Source of the DNA: Klebsormidium nitens
Lineage: Eukaryota > Plantae > Klebsormidiophyceae
Reading direction: 5' to 3'
Length of the DNA: 64,000 nucleotides
Assembly (NCBI GenBank): GCA_000708835.1
Contig: DF237337.1
Span: forward strand, 1-64,000
Made by a program: the position numbers and the translations under genes. Shown piece after piece: positions 56,324 to 64,000 of this stretch (position 1 is the stretch's first letter; each line of letters opens with the position of its first letter). The notes beneath the pieces are model-generated. The model was not told where the DNA came from, made no database searches, and worked only from the letters and a program-made list of their open reading frames with translations.

Positions 56324-58049
56324 CAATTGGAAGAACTCAGTACAGTGTCGTAGTTGGTTGTGGCCTTTCACTGGTCTGTACACTAAATGTTGCGTAATTG
56401 GTGCGACTACCTACTTTGGCATGGTTGAGACGCGCATCAACCCTGAGCTACCGACACCAAGCCCTGATCCGGACCGTTATACAGCTTCTTCACAAGCAGG
56501 ACTCAGCTCATGGTCCAAACTGTCAGGGAGGACTCCAATAACGCCGAGTAGTAAACTTAGAACAAGCTCGATCACGGAATAACCAGTGCTTTGGAGGTTA
56601 CAAGCATAGCAGTCCATTGAACGATGAACTCTCCAAGTATTGTTATTCGCCGTTGACGTTATTCTTGTCGCACGCGGTCGATTGTCATGAACGTATTAGT
56701 ACGTACTATGCTGGCGCAATCCTGCACCCGGGCAGTGCCCACATGTGTCACAGTGTGAAACCTTTCAAATTGTGTAGGCCCGGGCCCGCCGGCGCGCACC
56801 AAACTTACAGCAAGCGCGTTATATGATCTCTAGTTCGACTCAGTATAAGCTGCTGCGGTGCATTGTGCAGCTGAGACAAGCGCGCCGGCGCATGAATATT
56901 GCATGACTCCCTGCACATATTGGAAGCCGCGTTAAGGCGCAGGCTTTAAGTCTCTTCTTGGAGTGTAAGTTCGGGTAATGATGCAGATTGTCACTTAAGT
57001 TTCAGTACGTACGTTACAGGACAACATTGGCCGTTCCCCGATATCAAGCTTCGCATGCTCATCATGTTGCCAGTTGACACGAATGGTTGTGGCCGGGCTT
57101 GCAAAGCATGCATGGCGACTTGAACTTTAGTACGGTAAGGACTCACATCAACCGATACTAAGGCCGCGGACGTACTTTTGATATGCAATCGTTCCTAGGC
57201 TGCCAGTGGCGAGCTCGAGTGTTAAGACTCGAGTGTTAATACTGACATTCAATAAAACTTAACGCGGGCCGCGCGGCTTAGACATGCATAGCTGCTTAAT
57301 TATCCGTTATAGACATCAATTAATCCCATGCAGTTTGACGACGTAGTGATGATTCTGAGCTTAGTCTCACCATATTTAGGCAGATATTTGGGAGTGTAGA
57401 GCAACACGTATAACACACAAGTAAAGTGCTCTCGACGAGCTGTATGCAAGCTGCAATCAGGCCGCGCTCAGGAGATGCTCCGGTCAGCGAGTAGAGTTGG
57501 AATGAAAGGCTCTCATTTCAGAACAGCTGATTAGCGTTCCCGTTTAGCATCTGCGCTCCATCCCACTGAACGCCTGCAACTCGCTTGGAACTCTTTGGGA
57601 ACAAAAAACGTCTAGGCGAGAAACCCAGATATACTGATGTTTTCTGGCGTGCGGCTTCTGGGAACGAATTTTAAACGCACCCTTCAAAACATACTGCGCG
57701 TGCTTATTTGCCCTGGTTGGAAGCAGAAAGACCCAGATCCACTCCTCCCCGGGGAGTGGGGCTCTGCGCTCAATCATTTTTCTGATACAGAACCGCGGCA
57801 ATATCGCGCTTATCCTGTAAGACCTTAGCTACTAGCGCCTGCTAATTGAAGTCGGTCCGGGCCTGCTGAAGACTGAGACACTTCCAACCGGCTCAAACCA
57901 TTCCGAGTAGTACGATCCTACTGCTGGCCACCCGTTATACGGTGGAAGTTTGCTGAGTGCCGTCGCGCTTCGGGCGCGCGGCTTGGCGGCTCGCGGCACG
58001 GCGGCCGCGCTGTCTTCATTTCCCTGCGCAGCCGCTTCCGCTTTAGCTT

Positions 58050-58800
58050 TCGAGCTCCTCTTAGGCTACACGAAGCTGCACCTGAGTACACGTCACGCGT
58101 TGCCATCGTTGCTCGGCTTAGCCAGGGTCCTCCTGATGAAGTGAAAAGAAAGTAGCATGCCTGTCCCGTAGAATCCGCTTGTACGTGGACCGAAAATCAA
58201 GAAGTTCCAGGACACCAGGGTTCAGGTCGTGTTGGCTTGAAATTTAACCCCGGCACCGCGATCTGGTACTGTTCTGCTCGAGGTGGCGAAACGTAACTGT
58301 ACCTGGACGTGTGTAAGTAACACACTGATCAGATGAGCATCTGGGCAAAGAAGCCAAGAAGCCTTCTTCGCTGGTCAAAAATGAGGCAATCTGTGCCCGT
58401 CATCTGACGAAAGATGGTGGCCAAGCAAACTCAACTCGATCGGGTTGGGTCAGACGCGTCTCATATATCTGCGGCGTCGTGAGTTGGGAAGTAGGCTGCT
58501 GCCGACTGGCAATTAGCTTGCGCACCATTGCCTGGTTCTACGCCGTCTGTGATTCAATGTACGCCCAGATTTGTGGCTTTAAAGCACCGAATCTAAATGA
58601 GGCAAAACAAGACCAATCGGCGTCAGAAGCCGGGCTCTTAGCATCGAGAGTCGGAATCAGCCGACGAGAGCTTGTGAAACCGTGACCTTGGTTGATTTTG
58701 GGTCTGATCGCTTTTAAGAGAATTTGTCCCGTCAATTCTCACTGTAACCTTGAACGCGAAGAGGTGTTTGAGACAGTGCTCACGACGGAGATCTCCCAGA
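58050..58800 (+). pseudogene. Decayed coding segment of unknown family, copy A
   Basis: Aligns by eye with about 62900-63660. Shared peptide remnants IWYCSARGG, KKPSSLV and LTKDGGQAN..WVRRVSYICGV are broken by stops and frameshifts. Confidence 0.45.
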
Positions 58801-61739
58801 GGACACCTCACAGCATCAGGTGACACTAGTGGAAACACATAATGCATCAAAGCTGCAGCGACAAGTGAGGAGTACGTGGCAGGTAGCCAACTTACATAAG
58901 CTCCGCATTATCACGGCCGCTCGCCGGCGGGGGCCTTTCCATGTCACCAGATTCTGAACGGACCGGCTTGGCGCCTTCATACGGCCGCTTCGAGTTCGAT
59001 TCTTGCCGGGGCGATCGTAAGCGAGCCGGGACTTTCGTGGCCTTAAGCTTCCCGAAACACTTCCTTAGCTTATGCCTCCCGGGGCGACCGCTGAAAGTTG
59101 CTGAACGGGAAATTTAGAGGCGTATATCGATGGGATTACAGGAACCTGGTCCAGAAGGATCTGTCGGAAGTTCCATCTTCCGTACTTGGATTCTGAGAGT
59201 AAGGAGAGTCCCTGGCGTGTTACAGGGACAGAATCTCAAGGCAGGCCTTTACGTCTCCAAGCCGGCCTCTTGCGAAGCCAACAATTCTTTCTTTTGGGCC
59301 GAGAAAAGGGTACTCCAGCCAAACGTTCGACAAGCGAAGCCGATGATGCTGACGAGCTCAAGGTTCATGAAACTGGTACCATAACAACTTCGAGGCGATA
59401 AGCGATGGGCGAACGATTCTGATCATCAAGGGCTTTAAATTTGTCCAAGTTGAAAGGTGCAACCACGAAGGTCACAAGAGGCGCGAGTTTGGCGCTTGAG
59501 GCATGCCCACGGTTGCGTATCAAATTTGTTGGCGTCGTTCTAGCTTTCTTCCTGGAGAAACTCCATGCGATGTCAGCTCATCACAGCCTGTTCTCAGTCA
59601 AGTGTCAAGCTTACTCTATTAGGCACGTTTCAAAACGGATTTCAGTCCCCTTGTGTTCCTACACTCACTTCGGAATGCGCATATGAAACTGGGATCAAGT
59701 GTCCTGTAGCCGCTCGCAATGCGACAAAAATAAAGCCGCCCAGCTTAATTCGCCCACTCATATTTTGAGGTCTATTTGATCAGCGCAAAGTTACATCAAA
59801 GCCCATAAAAGATAACAAGACGTCTTGCGACAGAAGCCTGTCGCGGTCTCTTTCCTGAACCTGGAAAAGCTGCTGATCGAGAGTCATTCAACGTTAAAGC
59901 TTATTTCTGACGCCAACGACGTCACTGAAGACGTCATCGATCAGACATTTAAGAACACAGCTCGCCCAGATACCGAAAGGCAGCGGACTTGCTGATCAAA
60001 GTCCCACTGACAGACTGCCCAGAAGAGAGATACTGTGTGTGATTAGCTTCGCGCCGAAAAGAAGCGTCGAGAAACCCAGTGAGATTGAGGGACAGCGCCG
60101 TTTGCAACGTACCATGGCAGCCTTCCAGATTGCGACGGGTGATGATTTCTGAGGTTTTGACAGTGGCCCTGGCTTCCGGACCGTCCGACAGGCCTTCAAA
60201 AGAGAAGCCCTCTTTCCACTGCACGCTCAAGTTACTTTCTATTACTTTAAAAAGTAGAAAGCGAGCTTGCAGCTCCTTTTCTGGTTTGAAATTGAGCAGC
60301 ACGGGCGTAAAAGACTGCTCGCTGTTGGTTCTAGAACCATGCTTATAGATAGTCTGGCACAGCGTACTACTAGGTCAGTCATCAACCAACGGCGACAACG
60401 TACAAACCCCTCTACGTGATCCAAACGGACTAGATGCCAGCCGTTCTATGACCAGAGGTCTTTTCGAATCCTAAGTATCAACGTGGCGTCAGATCCGGCC
60501 AACTTCATGTGGCAAGGTGCCAGTTTCTGAGGGTATCATAGCCACAACCGAATGCTTCGCAAAACGCAGTTGAGTAGATTGGCGGCGCGAGTACAGGTAG
60601 ATCCATAATTTGCCTCGATTGCGTAACCGCTAGTGCTTCGAAGCTGACTGGCTTCAAATATCAAGTCCGTAGGGATCTTCCAAAGCTACCTGTTCTAGCT
60701 CGGCACGCACCATCGCATCTCAATAGGCGCGGCGATCAGGATTAGTTTCTAGGTCCTTCATGCTGATGAGAATCCGGCTTCAGAGAAGGATAGTAAGAAG
60801 GGCCCAAAACCATGGATCAGCTCCGAGACCCAATCGGCCGGGTCCTGGCGGGTATATCAGTGAACCCCACCAACAATCATCGATCTTCAGTGCCTTCCAG
60901 GAGACGCATGTAAAAAGACTCGTTGCGGAATTTTTGGCGCTGCGGCGCCACTCTTATGGTTAGAAGCTAGCCACGAAGAACTTGCGTATCGTTATTCTGA
61001 TTTTTGGCATATACAGCCGAGTATGCGATGATAAACGAATCAGAAAGTTCGTGGGGAAATTGCTTCGTAAACGCGGAAAGACCTGGCGGAGTTAGAAAGG
61101 CTCGATTCACGATGCGAGGCTCTCGAAAGGACGAAAACGACGAGGTCCGATGCCTTTACTAGCATTACGGCAAGGACGGCTCGGGTCAACGCTGTGTCCT
61201 ATCATACGCGTCTGGTGGCCGGGTTCTGCTTCCTCTGTCAAGCGACGGCGAGCGGAAAAGGTCGAAGGTGGACAGATGTCACAGGGTGGCATAGCTAGGA
61301 AACAGGCAGCCATGAAGGCTTCGTCGAAGATTTCGAAATTTTTGGCAAAGGAGTCGCCAGCTCGTGAAGTTTACAATTTGAGTGGCGGCAAGATTGAGAT
61401 TGTTGTTCTTGACGCTTGACGACGTGGCCTCGGCCTGCGCATAAGACCATCTCTGAGCAGTGCAAACACGGCCCACTTGATGGCCGCCTCTTCATCGGCA
61501 CTTATCTCCCCAGATATACAAAGTCCGCAGAGCAAAAAGAGAGACATTAAAGGATTCTACCGCATCCCTGTTGGGCTGAACTTTGGGGCAATCAGATCCA
61601 TAGATGGAGGAGCCTAGTATGCTCATCGGTCATACCGGAGAGCTGGGCGCATCTTCCAAATGTTGCTACGTCTCCAAATTTGTTTGTCGAGAGATCAACA
61701 AAGCGGAAGCCGATGCTGTCACCTCAGGAGGTTAGAAGA

Positions 61740-61866
61740 GCGCCCCGACGACGTTTGAAAATCAGAGCAAGCGCTCCGGGAGACGGTTTTGAAAACTGAA
61801 TAGCGCCCCAGGAAGTGGTTCCATCTCAGAAATGCGTCCCGGGAGACGGTTCCCGGGTGACAAACG
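61740..61866. repeat. Degenerate minisatellite of about 31-32 bp, 4 units
   Basis: gcgccccgacgacgtttgaaaatcagagcaa / gcgctccgggagacggttttgaaaactgaata / gcgccccaggaagtggttccatctcagaaat / gcgtcccgggagacggttcccgggtgacaaac. Confidence 0.7.
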
Positions 61867-62899
61867 CGCCGCGCCTCGGTAGCCAATCTGGTACGTATGC
61901 GCAAACAAAGAGTTTTGGCTGCTATCGAGGGTGTCTAACGGACTTCAGTGTCACGTTAGCAGATGGGTACCCGGCCTTTAACCTCGTTCCGAGGCTGTTT
62001 ACAGCCCAATCCTGGTTAGTGGCCCTCGATCCAATTTCTAACTAGCCCATAAGGAGCCCAAAAGCTTCCATGGTTGAGGGCGGAAAATTCCTGTTGGAGG
62101 CTGCCAGCGAAGGGGCGCGGGACGCACCTGCGGGGACGCGGCCGCGTGCTCCCGCGCGCGCTTTGTATCTTCGCAGCGCTATGCGCAGATTCTGGACCGC
62201 TTGTTCGCAGACTTCTCAGGCCCTCGCGTTTGTAATGAGCGGGTGCGAGGGCCAATGAATGAGGCTCGACGTGAAGCATTCCACACCAAGGGAAGACCCA
62301 AAACCAGATGAATGTCCGGAAGCCTTCTGAGAATCTATTTCCTACTCCTTGTTTCTTAGTCTCAAAAGTGCAGTAAGAGCCAAATAGGTGAGTCGATTTG
62401 CTAGCAGCTCAGTTCGCCGCGACGTTTATTGGTAGTAGCAGCTAAGAGTGCACCACCAGACTAGAAGCTCTACTCATGGCCCTTGAAGGATTGAAGCGAA
62501 ACATTTGATAAGGCAGGTATTTTTCACGATCTCACCACCCGCTTTGGTCAACGTACAGGCAAAACAGACCGAGGCAGACGATTCAAGTGCAGTTACATAC
62601 GACATTCAATTGGAAGCTTTACTGCTAGGATAGAGGCCGCGCCCCTGATACTCGGGTCTGCCGCATGTACGCAGACTGCTGTGCGCAAAGTACTGGATAC
62701 GATCGTGCAGGCACGCCGGAAGATCAAGCTCCGAAATCTTGTTTCTGCATTATGAGGCGTCTATCACTCAACATTCCAAATCAAGTTGTTGCCAGCTGAT
62801 TGGATCAAACATCATTGCCGTTGCAGAGCAGCACTCACTTTACAACCTGACCCACGAAGCAAAAAGCTCCCCAGGACCCACGTTGAGAATCTACTGCTC

Positions 62900-63660
62900 C
62901 GACCCTTTACGAAGCTATTGGATATCAAGTGTCATTGATCGGATTAGCATCGCCGGAAATTCTCGTCATGGAGGGAAAGGATTCTTTCCGTCTCCCAGTA
63001 AGGTCGACGCTTATACGTACACCAGAGAGGAGTGCACCAGGCCGTCATCAGGTTAACGGTATGTTTGACACGGAAGCCCACTGAGATCTTGTGGTGTTCG
63101 GCTTGAGGTGGCTTAACATTCTGCGCCGGGACACTGTAACAAACAGAAGAATAAGGCAGGGAATGGACCTTCGGGCGGAAGGTTGAAGAGGCCTTCTTCG
63201 CTGGTCGAAGTTAGGCCAGCAGTTTTTTTTCCAAAATCACTCGTTTGACAGAGGATGATGGCCCGGCAAATTATGCTCATACTCGTTGAGTCAGGCGCGT
63301 CCCATGTTTCTGCGGCGTCAAGAGCTTGAAGGACGTTGCTGTCGCTGCCACTTGGCATTGAGCTTGTGCATCACTGCCTCTTTGACACAATTTAGGTACC
63401 GAGCCATGAGGCGAAGCTCAGTTTGGAGGACTATAAGAGTCGAAGTTCTCAGCCGGCAACCTAGTTGGCTGATATCTTACCGGCTATGGGCTGCATTAGG
63501 TTGGCAAGTACGACGTTCAGAGCTGCTTCCGCTTCCTAGTCTACAAAAAGCGCCGTGTTCTTACAAACATAAAGGGTGGACTTGCTCTCGTGAAGCCTCG
63601 TGGTTCCATCTTGATGACACAAACATTGCCGAGACAGCGGTGAAAACGGAGACACCTACA
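62900..63660 (+). pseudogene. Decayed coding segment of unknown family, copy B
   Basis: Homologous to about 58050-58800. Remnants ILWCSA*GG, KRPSSLV and LTEDDGPAN..*VRRVPCFCGV. Confidence 0.45.
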
Positions 63661-63679
63661 TGATCGAGGTACGACAACG

Positions 63680-63706
63680 TTCTTCTTCTTCTTCTTCTTC
63701 TTCTTC
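63680..63706. repeat. (TTC)9 microsatellite
   Basis: ttcttcttcttcttcttcttcttcttc. Confidence 0.95.
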
Positions 63707-64000
63707 CTCTCTCGTGCAATCCCAATCAGCGGAAATGCACCAACGTACCGTTCCCCAACTTCGGAGTTGCGATATAACCACGGACAGAGGGTTCCACGTC
63801 ACATGCTCTGAAGCTCCAGTCAAGCCCACAATGAGATTTCCCTTCAGAAATTGGCTTCGGATCGTGAGGCGTGCTGACGGCGGAGTATCAACTCCAACGG
63901 TCATCAGTCTGCTTTCATTGCCAACGATAAGACAGACTTACAATGCGGACACAAGATTACACTAAAGTCGGAGTCCTGTGCCGGCCTTTGAGACATTCAG

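Noticed and set aside
751-56786. Individual 10-12 bp perfect palindromes (751-760, 16299-16308, 39275-39286, 43541-43550, 56777-56786) as functional hairpins
   Set aside because: About 60 perfect 10-bp palindromes are expected by chance in 64 kb. They are only meaningful as part of the untested density claim.
58935-59015. tRNA-like GAGTTCGATTC T-loop
   Set aside because: The T-stem has only 4 pairs, and no matching acceptor stem, D-arm or A-box was found at the expected spacing.
58050-63660. LTR retrotransposon bounded by the two direct repeats
   Set aside because: The repeats look coding-derived and highly diverged. No TG...CA ends, PBS, PPT, TSD or gag/pol motifs were recognised. Kept only as an unexplained duplication.

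Overview
Eukaryotic, intron-rich nuclear DNA. The gene content (LEA5/Em, plant-type ECH2 and PP5, a betaine-lipid methyltransferase, a flagellar CFAP52-like gene) and the GC-rich exons suggest a streptophyte green alga such as Klebsormidium; this assignment is inference. Eleven protein-coding genes were reconstructed by hand from GT-AG junctions: LEA5/Em (5' part only, -), GT90/CAP10 glycosyltransferase (-), importin-9 (+), an intronless F-box/LRR gene (-), a stand-alone BtaB-type methyltransferase (-), a VC1184-type class V PLP enzyme (+), CTF8 (-), PP5 (+), sphingolipid delta-4 desaturase (-), CFAP52-like WD40 (-) and peroxisomal ECH2 (+). The last ~7 kb is unresolved and holds two decayed paralogous coding segments. 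Main oddities: (1) introns of five genes carry tandem, diverged copies of their own neighbouring splice junction, and one PP5 copy could be an in-frame 66-nt cassette exon; (2) a BTA1 homolog stops at the BtaB/BtaA domain boundary and sits head-to-head with a PLP C-S lyase-like gene; (3) four head-to-head gene pairs, with spacers rich in short palindromes downstream of 3' ends; (4) a MITE-like element with a G-rich core that has a relative in another intron. All coordinates were counted by eye and may be off by a few bases. No database searches were run.
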